Shown: piece by piece, positions 48,584 to 60,137 of the stretch
How positions within the stretch are numbered: the stretch's first letter is position 1
Layout: each line of letters starts with the position of its first letter
Origin: Podarcis muralis
Lineage: Eukaryota
Assembly: GCF_964188315.1 (NCBI RefSeq)
Contig: NC_135660.1
Coordinates: 84,754,001 to 84,818,000, forward strand
Direction of reading: 5' to 3'
Length of the DNA stretch: 64,000 nucleotides
Notes under the pieces: model-generated
Seen by the model: only the letters and a program-made list of their open reading frames with translations
Databases searched by the model: none
What the model was told of the DNA's origin: nothing
Made by a program: the position numbers and the translations under genes

Positions 48584-48745
48584 ACGCCAGGCACTCCTGT
48601 CTTCCACTGCCTCCCACAGTTTGGTCAAACCCATGTTCGTAGCTTTGAGAACACTGTCCAACCATCTCGTCCTCTGTCGTCCCCTTCTCCTTGTGCCCTC
48701 AATCTTTCCCAACATCAGGGTCTTTTCCAGGGAGTCTTCTCTTCA
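48584..48745 (-). mobile_element. BovB 3' region (continuation of 46801-46859)
   Basis: GAAAAGACCCTGATGTTGGGAAAGATTGAGGGC...GACAGGAGTGCCTGGCGT. Confidence 0.85.
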
Positions 48746-48752
48746 TTTTGAA

Positions 48753-48799
<47 letters not shown>
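48753..48799. repeat. (TAT)n microsatellite
   Basis: Direct reading. Confidence 0.95.
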
Positions 48800-48800
<1 letters not shown>

Positions 48801-49115
48801 ATAGGCTAGTTCACCAACCACAGCCATTTCTGGACCAGGTTGCCTGACCTCAGGTGTCCATGCTCTTTTCCTGCTTGGACTACTGGAATACACTCTACCT
48901 GGGACTGCCCTTGAAGACAGGTTCCTATTCATGTGGAGGAAGCCTAAAAGGCCATTAACTTGGTATAAACAAGCTTCCAAATTGCCCCCTCTTAAAAATC
49001 AAACCCCCCCATTGGAACCTTGGTTTTAAACAAAGTTTTTAACCCCCTGCTTCTCTCTCATTTCCCAAAGGCCATTTTGGTTACATCTGAAGTTCATGAA
49101 AGCACAAAGGCAGGT

Positions 49116-49276
49116 ATGAGCCATGCTGGAAACAGCTCCTCCAAGAATCAAAACTCAGAAAGTCGAAGCCGTTATGAGACACCAGCACTTTCTGAATTGC
49201 AGAGGCTAGTTTGGAGCAGAGGAGGATCCGACAACCATGTGGATCAAGTCTGGCCCAACCTCTACCTTGGAGACGC
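49116..49276 (+). CDS. DUSP13B: DUSP13B-like (TMDP-like), coding exon 1 of the short form; exon may begin at the 49071 acceptor
   Basis: MSHAGNSS...YETPALSELQRLVWSRGGSDNHVDQVWPNLYLGDA resembles DUSP13B YQPPTLASLQRLLW...NHIDEVWP as recalled; donor GC|GTAAGG; 161 nt. Confidence 0.88.
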
Positions 49277-49554
49277 GTAAGGAAATGGAAGGATTGCATC
49301 TTGTTACTTACCAGTCAGAAGGAGAGCAGAAGGTTAAAAATCCTATAAAATAGCAGCAAACAAACTGGGATCTCAACATCCAAATCCCACAAAATAGACT
49401 AGTATAAACCGGTTCTGTAAACCAACTTTCTATCAGAAACATGGACAAATTAAAACCGACATAACCTTTAAATGCTCATTTGAGAAGGGAAAAACACAGA
49501 TCAAGCTAAGTACAACTAAAATATAATATTACAATTAAATACAATTAAAACATA

Positions 49555-49777
49555 CAGTGGTACCTCGGATTATGAACTTCTAGAGGTCCGTTCTTAACCT
49601 GAAACGGTTCTTAACCTGAGGTACCACTTTAGCTAATGGGGCCTCCCGCTGCCGCTGCACGATTTCTGTTCTCATCCTGAGGTAAAGTTCTTAACCCAAG
49701 GTCCTACTTCCAGGTTAGCGGAGTCTGTAACCCAAAGTGTGTGTAACTCAAGGTGTTTGTAACCTGAGGTACCACTG
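49555..49777. mobile_element. Tigger-like MITE
   Basis: TIR and TA TSD. Confidence 0.85.
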
Positions 49778-50295
49778 TAAAATTGCTTTACATAAAACTA
49801 TTACATTTTGTGAAATTTAAATGTTCAGATCCCAACTTGTTTGCACACACATACAAAGTCCCTCCACTGCCAAGGAAAACCTCTTTTGCTCTCTGTCGCA
49901 GACACATACATGACCTTTGGGAAGCAGGTGAGATGACTCTAGGACCCTGTCTGAACCCTCATGCCTCCTTCCCCAAATCCAGCAAACTCAGTGCCTGAGC
50001 ACCCTTTGTGCACCCCTAAATCTGCCCCTGTTGGCCTCAACATTGGGGACCCACCTGCCCTAAATATTTTACTGTATTAGGGAGGCTGTAGGGACCTGGG
50101 CGCCTCAGAGTTGGCGCCTATGCCTTGCCTTATGGGTGGGGCAGCCCTGGGTGAAAAGGGACAGTCCTGGATTTACAGAAGCCACTCCCGGTTTCTGATT
50201 TGATCCTAGAACGTCTCACCTGTCCTTAGGACGTCCCTATTTTCATTGGATAAATGTTGGAGGGTATGAGGCGATGAGGTGAGTAAGGGCAATGT

Positions 50296-50329
50296 AATAG
50301 TAATAGTAGTAGTAGTAGTAGTAGTAGTA

Positions 50330-50377
<48 letters not shown>
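50296..50377. repeat. Compound (AGT)n(AAT)n microsatellite at an L2 tail
   Basis: Direct reading. Confidence 0.95.
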
Positions 50378-50444
50378 TATTTATACCCCACCCATCTGGC
50401 TGGGTTTCCCCAGTCACTCAGAGATTTTACTAGTTGGGCCAAGG

Positions 50445-51470
50445 GCTACATTGTATAGAAACAATTTCGGATGTGCAAAGACTTTATTAAATACTTGGGT
50501 ATAATGATTTCATCAGATATAGACCAAATTGAAAAATTAAATTTGAATCAAATTATAAATGAGATTTCTTTTGATATTGAAAGGTGGGGACCTCTAAACC
50601 TTTCCCTTTGGGGAAAGGTAAATGTTCTCAAAATGAATGTTGTTCCAAAGCTTTTATACATTCTTAGAGGATTACCAATACATATTCCCAAATTTTACTT
50701 CCAAAAAATAAATCAACTACAGTGGTACCTCAGGTTAAGTACTTAATTTGTTCCGGAGGTCCCACATTAACTATTGGGGTCTCGCACTGCTGCTGCTGCC
50801 ACGCCACCGGAGCACGATTTCTGTTCTTATCCTGAAGCAAAGTTCTTAACCTGAAGCAATATTTCTGGGTTAACGGAGTCTGTAACCTGAAGCATATGTA
50901 ACCTGAGGTACCACTGTATTTAGATCGTGCCTATGGGGTACAAAGCCACCAAAAATTATCACTACATAAAATGCAACTTCCAACTCCCAAATCTGGAATT
51001 ATATCACCAGGCCTACCTGCTGAGTAAGACTAATGATTGGGGAGAAAGCAGGAATCCCAATGCGGCTACTCTCGAATATAGTTTCTTTGAACCTCTTGTA
51101 GGGTGGACTAAACTCGTCCCCAATTTTATGAAATATCCTATTATCCTGGAGACTATTAAAGCACCTATAAAAATTTGGATGAATATAAATAAAAATAATA
51201 AGAATGACCCCTATCAGCGTGAGAAATTAACAATATGGCCAACCCAAAATTAAAAATTGGAAATCAAGTAATAATTTGGCAAAATTGGATGAAAAAAGGT
51301 ATTTTGCCTTTGAATCAATTAATTGATGAAAATTACAAATTTGTGGAAGTCATAGGTATATCAGTATTCAAATCTGAATTGTCAAATTGTGTTATTAGTG
51401 TTATTATGGTTTTTGTTGTATGTGTCTTTTGCGGTTGTTGTTTGTATTGAAAAAATGATTAAATATTTTT
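50445..51470 (+). mobile_element. Degenerate L1 ORF2 (RT C-terminal region)
   Basis: IKYLGIMIS...LNLSLWGKVNVLKMNVVPKLLY; frameshifted and split by a MITE. Confidence 0.8.
50720..50916. mobile_element. Tigger-like MITE interrupting an L1 ORF2 fragment
   Basis: TIR and TA TSD; L1 coding sequence on both sides. Confidence 0.85.
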
Positions 51471-51489
51471 TTTAAAAAAACAACAACAT

Positions 51490-51838
51490 CTAGGCGGCTC
51501 CCAATGGAATATTAATATTAATAATAAAAATAAAAAAGTGATAAAACATCAAACATTAAAAACTTCCCTAAACAGGGCTGCCTTCAGATGTCTTCTAAAA
51601 GTCAGATACCGGTAGTTGTTTATTTCCTTGGCATCTGATGGGAGGGCGTCACTGCTGAGAAGGCCCTCTGCCTGGTTCCCTGCAACTTCACTTCTTGCAG
51701 TGAGGGAACCGCCAGAAGACCCTTGGCACCGGACCTCAGCATCCGGGCTGAATGATAGGGGTAGAGACGCTCCTTCAGGTATACTGGGCCGAGGCCGTTT
51801 AGGGCTTTAAAGGTCAGCACCAACACTTTGAATTGTGA
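51490..51838 (-). mobile_element. L2-clade LINE 3' end
   Basis: QFKVLVLTFKALNGLGPVYLKERL. Confidence 0.8.
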
Positions 51839-52117
51839 ACGTGACACAGAGAGACCTGTAGTCCAAAAGAAAGAGGGAGAACAGAAATTATTCCTCCAAC
51901 TCCATGGCAAGGGAGGGAAGCCCTAAAACTGATTCTGCCTGACAGAGCAGGTTGTAGGGAGCCATGGTCCGGTAAACAGGGAATGTGCTATGAATTAGAG
52001 ATGAGACGCAGGTGCTCATTGCTTCTTGCTTCCTTGAGGCTCAAGAGGCCTCTTAAATAAGCCCATGTCAACATGGAGCAGGATCAGCCGCAGCAACCCT
52101 TTATCATCTTTTGACAG

Positions 52118-52338
52118 ATGGGCAGCTCGAAGCAAAGCCATTCTGCAGAGCCTTGGCATCACCCACATCCTCAACGCAGCAGACGGGCCGTACAACATCA
52201 ACACGGGCGCTCGATATTACAGAGACCTGCCAATCGAGTACTACGGGGTGCAGGCGTTTGACGACACCTCGTTTGATATCAGCGTCTTCTTCCAGGATGC
52301 TGCGAATTTCATCCACAATGCCTTGAAGGCTACAGGAG
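52118..52338 (+). CDS. DUSP13B: DUSP13B-like, coding exon 2
   Basis: Acceptor CTTTTGACAG; [55 protein letters not shown]...ALKATG; donor G|GTAAGA; 221 nt. Confidence 0.93.
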
Positions 52339-52874
52339 GTAAGAGGGAGATAGCGGGAGGAGAAACAGCCTTCGAGATGCGAGAGGCACTCGGTTGCCAG
52401 CTGCGTGGGCCCAAAGCTGCTGCTGTTCCCTTTAATCTTGCCGCATTTAGCAAGGGGCTTAAAGCTACTTAAGGATGCTTTGCTTAATTGGTCTTTCTTG
52501 CTCAGGGATGGGCTTCCCCATACTAGATCTCCAGGAAAGGAGGAGGAGTGGCACATGTGGGGTTGTCACTCTTTAATGAACCTCTTCCTATGCGTTTGAT
52601 GGAAGCTTAGCACTGGAGCAGGTGAAACCTTTCCTAGGGTAGTGATAGTAGGTGGCATAGAAAGCATCGATTGAGTAATTTCTCCGTGTCTGGCTGAAGT
52701 TGAAGCTGCAGAAGCAAGTCTAGTTTGGAAAAAAGCAGGAAGTTATTCCCGTCTCCCAAATCCTATATAAAAAGTTATTGGGCTATATCAATCAATCTGA
52801 GAATTGTTAAAGTTGATTAACCACCTCTTTTCTCGTGGGCCAATGCTGACTTTACATAAACATGCATAGCTCAA

Positions 52875-53232
52875 CCACTGAGCCTCTTGGGCTTGCCGAT
52901 CAGAAGGTCGGCGGTTCAAATCCACAGGATGGGGTGAGCTCCCATTGCTCTGTCCCAGCTCCTGCCAACCTAGCTGTTCGAAAGCATGCCAGTGCAAGTA
53001 AATAAATACGTACTGCTGTGGCGAGAAGGTAAACAGCGTTTCCATGCACTCTAGTTTCCGTCACGGTGTTCTGTTGCACCAGAAGCGGTTTAGTCATGCT
53101 GGCCACATGACCCAGAAAGATGTCTGCGGACAAACGCTGGCTCCCTCGGCCTGAAACAAGATGAGCACCACAACTCATAGTCGCCTTGGACTGGACTTAA
53201 CCACCCAGGCGTCCTTTACCTTGATTTTTACC
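52875..53232 (+). mobile_element. Sauria SINE flanked by a ~45-bp direct duplication
   Basis: SINE body; flanks 52830-52874 and 53233-53277 match at 40/45 positions. Confidence 0.85.
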
Positions 53233-53558
53233 TTCTCATTGGCCAATGCTGACTTTACATAAACATGTGTAACTCAAGCATCTCATTGTAGGTGTCTTTT
53301 TATGATAACCCAATGCAGGGCTTCTAAAGTTCACCACCAGTACATAGAATTAGCAGAAGGAACTGCATCTCATCATTGGCCCTGGGTGTTGTATAGAGTC
53401 TCGTTCTGCCTCCGTCATGGACTCTTCAATGCTTTTCCAGGGTATCTTCAGACGGGTGTACCTTCAGGGAGAGAAATCCTTCCCACAGTTACTATTGTGT
53501 GTCAAGGCCCCAAGGCCTCCCCCTTTATGTTGAATAATTGCATCTGGACACCGTATAC

Positions 53559-54333
53559 TGTATTAGGTTAATGGGCAAAATTTAGACCACAACTTTATTG
53601 GTTACAGAATGTGAGTGGTATTGGCTTAGGCATTGGAATTGAACCGATTATATCTGACACCTGGCCGCCATGCAGGAAGTCTCACAAGGGTTAAACCACC
53701 AGTAGGGGGAGCCCTGTTGATGCACACCAACTCGGAGCTCCCCCAGGGTCACTGGAAGGTCATGCCATGGCCCTAGCCTCCACCCGGGCTTCGGACAGGA
53801 ACCACGACACCCAGATTCCTTTAACGGAATACCCTTTAAAATGGAGGGGGAGGTGATGGCCACACCTCCCCTCCCCCAAACCAGGCTTTACCAATGCCTA
53901 ACCGCCAAACCCTATAAAAGTTGTGACGATTGCTACAAGGTAGGCGAAAACCAAATGACCAGTGCCAATTTGCCAAGTGGAAAAATTCCTACCAGGCCCC
54001 TCGGAAAACCAAGGCAACCAACCGAAGTCCATAGCACGGCCAATACGACGAACACATGAAAAGAGGGCAAACCAGAAGGGAGATCCCCTGTGTGGGAATA
54101 AGGCTCTGCCTTTGCTGAGGCACACCTTGCACCCGGCATGCCACAGCATGCCAAGGAGCCTTCCACTCATGCTCCACAAACTTGTGGCCTCTTGGCTAGC
54201 AAATAGGGTTTTCCCCCTGACCATTTGTCCTCTCACAGATTTGGTTACTCGACATAATGCTTGGCTGGAGCATGACCAGGGACGCAGATGAAATCAAGTA
54301 CCGGGGGAAATTTTAGGGAAACACCTGCTAACA
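53559..54333 (-). mobile_element. Possible solo LTR
   Basis: Minus strand TGTTAG...CTAATACA with AATAAA near the 3' end; no convincing TSD. Confidence 0.35.
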
Positions 54334-54737
54334 CGTGTATTTGATAACGCTGGAAATGTGCTTAGATGGAAATACGTCATGTTCAGAGTGGTTTCACTGC
54401 TGTTTCCAATTGCTGACTTCTGTTAATAAAAGGAGCCTCTGCACAGCTAGTCAGCAGCTTGCTTGGAGCATGCTTGCCAGCTTGCTCCTGCACCGCTCAC
54501 CTGCATCCAACCTCCTGTCATCCTCCGTTATTCCTACACCCTGGCTGCGTGGCTGCTTAAAAGGGGTAAGCCACGCCCCCCATCTGACTGGATTGGCCGG
54601 CCGGGGGTCGTGATGCGGCCGGGGTCTCCCTGATGAGGTGGGGGCCTGGCCCAACCTCCGCTGTGTGTGGAAGCGCTGGTCTTAACCTTCTATGTTCCAC
54701 ACCAGTTAAATGCTGTTCTTTTGTTATTTCTTTGCAG

Positions 54738-54946
54738 GCAAGGTATTTGTCCATTGTGCCATGGGGTTAAGCCGCTCAGCCACTTTAGTACTGGCCTATT
54801 TGATGATCCATGAAAACCTGACACTCGTGGAGGCCTTAAAATCAGTGGATTCAAACCGAGGGATCTGCCCAAACACAGGGTTCCTCATCCAGCTACGAGC
54901 CCTGGACATCAGATTAAATAATGAGAGGAGAGGTGCATTGGCATAG
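54738..54946 (+). CDS. DUSP13B: DUSP13B-like, coding exon 3
   Basis: Acceptor TTTCTTTGCAG; [34 protein letters not shown]...[16 protein letters not shown]...GALA*; spliced CDS 591 nt (196 aa). Confidence 0.94.
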
Positions 54947-55174
54947 TGATGCAAGCCCTATAAAGACAGGCAATGCTGCAGCACCAACGCTCAATTTGGA
55001 ATAATTACTTCAATTTGGAATAATTACTTCAAAACTGCTAAGCTTTTACTTCAGTCCCACACAACACCCTAGATGGCCAGTGTCCTCCACTTCTAGGTAT
55101 GCATGATAAATGATGGCTCCTCGATAGAGTACAACATTGGTTTGCTGGACTTGAGTGGGATCACACTGGTTATT

Positions 55175-55502
55175 TAGGGATGCCATATTTTGAAGAGCGA
55201 AAAAGAGGACACATTTGCCGGCACCTGGGGCGAGGGGCAAGGAGTGAGGGAGCAGGTGCATTCTACAATGTCCCTTCAAAAAATACAAAAACAAGGACAT
55301 TGTCCTTTCCTGCATCATGCAAAATTCACACAGTCTGTCTATGTTTTGCACTTGGCTGTCTATTACCGCATATGTAACACAAAAAGTAGCCTGCTTCCAC
55401 AACCCCGGACATTTTGGCAAATTCAAAAAATCCATCCAGACAGAACTTTTACCCCTGAAAAAGAGGACATGTCCTGGAAAAAGAGGACGTGCGGCAACCC
55501 TA
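55175..55502. mobile_element. hAT(Tip100)-like element
   Basis: TAGGGATGCCA...GGCAACCCTA termini; repeated GAGGACA motifs. Confidence 0.55.
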
Positions 55503-56369
55503 ATTTGTATACCACCCTTCATCCGAAGATCACCGGGTGCTTCACAACAGAAACATACAAAATGAGAACACAAAATACATAATCCAAGCAAAAGCAAACC
55601 AATAACCGTCCCGTCCCACACACCTTTAAAAGGCCATAGAATAGTTATGCTATCATCACTGTCTTTTTGAGAGAGGGAGAAGCAGAAAAAGAGGGAGAAA
55701 GGCAATAGAAACAGGTCATGTGTTGCAGTTAAATATAGGCTACAGAATGGAGAACTCCAGGATTTATTACATAAATATCTTACCCTTCTTCAGGGGAGCA
55801 CAAGGTGATTTTGCCGTTCTGTTTTTGCAAGTACTCTGGGGGGTCGGTGATGCTGGGGGGTGATGACAGCCATAAGATGACCCACCGATCCTAGTGGCTG
55901 AAAAAGGAATTTTAACCTAGGTCTACCCAGACCGTTTCCAGCACATTTGCTCCCTGAATGAAGCTAATGCCTTAGCCTCCATCCAAACATGTGGTCAAAT
56001 ATGCACGGGCATCGATGTGCTGCAGGTCCCGCCCACATTTTGTCTCCCACCTAATTTGCAAGTTGATGCTGCATCCTGCAAGCATGATACAACGTTGCCC
56101 ACAATTGTGGTCACCTGTGCTGTGGCTTCACTGCCCTGGCATCTACCCGTGCCCAGCTTGGTGCCAATATTCTGCACGACCTGCAGCTAAGGATCTCAGC
56201 TATGTGCTGTGTGAAGCACTCCTGCCCATCTGTCCTGACTCTCCTGGCATTCAGCATCATTGGACGAGCCCTGACCCCAGTATTATCATAGATAGATCCA
56301 GCATCGCCTGGGCTCTGTGAGTGCAGCTTTCTCCTGACTGAAGTGCAGAGAACATTCGCAGGGAAACCA

Positions 56370-57030
56370 AAATGCTTGTTTACTATTGTACTACCAACCT
56401 TACTGTATGCTTGTGAAATGTGGACCACTTATAAACGCCATTTCCTACTCCTCAAAAGATTCAATCAACAGTGTCTCCGAAAAAATGTAGACATCACTTA
56501 GGAAGACAGGCGAACTAACGCCAGTGTACTGGAAGAAGCAAAGATCACCAGTGTCAAAGCAATGATTCTTCAACATCAACTTCGTTGGAGCGGTCATGTT
56601 GTGCGGATGCCTGATTATCGTCTTCCAAAGCAACTGCTCTATTCCAAACTTAAAAATGGAAAGCGTAATGCTGGTGGTCAACAAAGGAGGTTTAAAGACT
56701 CTCTCAAGGCAAATCTTTAAAAATGTAGTATAAATACTGACAACTGGGAAACACTGGCCTGTGAGCGCTCCAATGGGAGAACAGCCTTTACCAAAGGTGT
56801 CATGGACTTTGAAGACACTCAAACTCAGGACAAAAGGGAGAAACATGCTAAGAGGAAGGCACATTTGGCAAACCCTCACCATGATCAACTCCCACCCGGA
56901 AACCTATGTCCCCACTGTGGAAGGACGTGTGGATCCAGAACTGGCCTCGACAGTCCCTTACGGACTCACTGTTAAAACCGAGTTCATGGAAGACAAACTT
57001 ACTTGGCTATGTGTGATCATCAAAGAAGAT
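56370..57030 (+). mobile_element. RTE-clade LINE 3' portion, degenerate
   Basis: TLLYACEMW...LRWSGHVVRMPDYRLPKQLLYS...CPHCGRTCGSR. Confidence 0.82.
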
Positions 57031-57960
57031 TATCAGAGAGGCAGAAGAAACTTTTTCTACAAAAGCACACAAGGAGCATCTCCCAAGGCCCAAACTCCAG
57101 CTTGACAAGCCCTGGAGCTCCCTGGCTCTGCTTTCCTCCTCCTCGCTGTTTACTGCTTGTTCACCTGCTCTCTCCAAGCAAAAGCAGCAGTTGTTGCAGA
57201 TGAAGAGCTTCTTCTCTTCCCCAGATCTTATCACCCTGGACAAGGATTCAGATGAAGGGGCTCAGATTGTGTTTTGCAAACTGCACTGGTCAAGCAAAGG
57301 TCCAGATTCAACGCATTCAACAGATTCACATGCTAGATATCTGGTTTTCATCCATGCTCATTTTGTTTGAAAAATGTTCAAGTCGGGGGGGGTGTACTTT
57401 AACTTCAATAAAAATAGAAAGCTGGACTGAAAGGAAATTTTCTGTTTGTTTTTGATTGCCGATATACAATCTGTAAAGAGATCACAAACTATTCAATCCT
57501 CTACAGAAGTTTCCTGTAATGAGAAGTGGCCATTAAGAAAACACACCATTTAAACATTAAAACAAAATCAAATGAGGCAAAGCCAGGCAAGTGAAGGCAT
57601 ATTATGGATGAAATGAGAGTGGAATTTGCTTTTAAAAGGTTTTTGTACATGCTTTTGTATAAAACAATGTTTGTGTAGCGCTTCATGAACACTGTATAGT
57701 AATTTCTACAACCACTTAGAGGTCTTAAGTTTGAGCAAGCAGTATTTAAAATACAAAATAATATAAAAACAAATAAATGTAAATAATAAACAAGTCCTTT
57801 CCTGCAAACTCATCTTTTAATGCTGAAGTTGCAAATGTTGCTAGACTACAGATTCCATCATCCCTGATCATTGGCCATGCAGGCTGAGACTGATGGGTAT
57901 TGGAGTCCAACAACATTTGGACAGCTACACATACCCCATTCTTGATCGAATAACTTAAGA

Positions 57961-58083
57961 CAGGATTCCTCAAACTCTGCCCTCCTACAACTCCCACAAT
58001 CCCTAGCTAGCAGGACCAGTGCTCAAGGATGATGGGAATTGTAGTCTCAAAAACATCTGGAAGGCCGAGTTTGAGGAAGCCTG
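57961..58083. mobile_element. Palindromic hAT-like MITE
   Basis: CAGGATTCCTCAAACTC...GAGTTTGAGGAAGCCTG. Confidence 0.7.
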
Positions 58084-59619
58084 TTTTACAGTGTCATGTT
58101 TTTAGATAGTTATTCCCACCCTGAACCTATGACAGAGTGGATTGGCAATATGAAATATATATATAATACAGTGAGAGTTTAGTTTAGTGAAATTTGAAAT
58201 TAATCCACAATCCTAAATGAGATTTTGGCATGCGCTTAGATTCCCACACAAGAAATAAGGTAGCTTTAAAAGTATAGATATGTTCTCTTGATCCTGAATC
58301 ACTTGTTTAGAGTGCCACTTTGTTAGGCTGGAAATAATCCAGCTAAAATCCATTAGGGAAAAACAACCTTTTGGTGGATAGGGTGGGAAAACAGAAGTGT
58401 TACGATTCTCTGCACCAGCAGATGTCAGTATAAATCCAGCGATTTAGAGGAATGAAAGCCCATAGATGACCTATAAAAGATCTCATTAATTATTTTAACA
58501 GCTGTAGGCATTATTTACTTATTTCAAGGTGATCCCTCACTGGTTGGGCTATCAAGTTACGATTTTCATTGTGACATGAGCGAGCTACTCAAAATGACCC
58601 CCTTACCCCCCAAAATTATTTAACGGCCATTTCAGCTTTGATGGTCACTGCACCGGTGCCCTTCTCTGACATAGTATGACACACATTTGCCACCTGCATC
58701 TGACTTCATAAAGGATTTGTGAGGTCATATCCTTGGCATAAAATGTGGCGTAGCAAGGAGCCCACAGCAATCTCACAGTTACGGAGCTGTCTCCTCTTTC
58801 GAAGCATTTGTGGCTTTGTTCTTAATCAAATATATGACAGCAGACAGAGCATCTCGCTTTACCATCCCAGTTTCTGCTGGCATAAAAAATATGCAAGCCT
58901 TGCTATCTGTTCAGTTGCTTTCCCCACATCCTCTCACCTGGGTAGCAGGTAGCGGGCCCTCAAATAGCCTAGGATGCCCTGATGACGCTAATTGATAGCT
59001 GAGAATCTGTTCAGATCTGGGCTGCTCTCCATCGCTGCCCCAGCTGCCTGACACTCCGAAATGTTTGGGAGCCCGCTGGAAGAACACAGATCATGGTTTA
59101 TAATTAACACAATTAAAAATAGCAGTTGAATAAACTGAATGCAGCAGGACAAGGGGAGCTGTTGTGTAACCAGCAGCCTGTGAGGAAACGCCAGAAGAGT
59201 TGTCATCGTCTAAAACAGTCAAGTGCAGTCAGCGGACCTGAACCCCCCCCCCCCAAAAGGCAAGTACTTTTAAGCTTGTTGACAAACAGCTACTCGCAAA
59301 TTCAGTGCATGCATTGTGGGGTAACACAATGCTTTCAGCACGGGAGCAGTCGGACAACCGCAGCTGTGCGCCATGCCGTGTTGTTTGTTGTGAAGGGCAT
59401 TCAGATAGAGAGTTGGTTGTGGAGTTGCCACTTCTTTGCAATTTGGACCGTGCAACATGCATCGGAGCAAATATGTGGCAACCTGTCTGTGCAGAAGGGG
59501 AAACCCAGTGCAGGTTGTTTCAAGGGTATCTTTTAAATACATATATGAAGACAGAAAAGCTTTAGCCAGGCTGATTTTTGCCCCCCAAAGGCATGACCTT
59601 CTAGATACGTATCTGGAAT

Positions 59620-60137
59620 CAGTGTTAGAAACCGAGATATGAGAGCTAGGACCTAAATGGCACCTTAAAACCTAGGCTATGGGTGCAACAACAGAATGTC
59701 TAGATGCGCTTTTTTATATATAACAAGAATACAAAGCTGAAAATGAATGAACTGCAGCTAAAATATTATGTTCATTTTTCACAAGGTCTAGTTCTGCCCA
59801 CCCTCCAATATTCTTAAGAGGGTCTTTTCTCCAGTCTTCAGAGAAAGGCTGCAAGTGGGGAGGCAGGAAAAGGTCCTCCTTTCCTTCCACTCTGCAGTTT
59901 TAATCTGAAATCTTAGGAGCAGTACTGCGCCCAGAGCTTAGAAACTGCTCACGCTAATGAAATTCCCCGTCGCAAAATGCGCCTGGAATAATGGGAGTTT
60001 TGAACGCCCATTATTCCGAGTGAAAAATGTGCATCCTTCCAAACTTCAAATCCCTGATTTCAGCAGTGAGGGCACCTGGCAAATTGCTGCATACCTCGTT
60101 TATAGTTTCATAACAGGAAGAGGGTTCCAAAACACTG
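59620..60137. mobile_element. Longer copy of the same hAT-like family
   Basis: Homologous to 4928-5324 up to about 60005, then continues to AAAACACTG at 60137; no clean TSD. Confidence 0.6.

Noticed and set aside
48534-50442. Poly-Tyr, poly-Ile and poly-Leu ORFs (also poly-Arg/Ser/Lys at 62649-62934)
   Set aside because: Translations of trinucleotide microsatellites
55990-56360. Inverted 5' part of the adjacent RTE element
   Set aside because: No recognisable coding motif; cannot be assigned without a consensus
59126-59565. Overlapping Cys-rich ORFs as a gene or transposase
   Set aside because: No recognisable motif or splice structure
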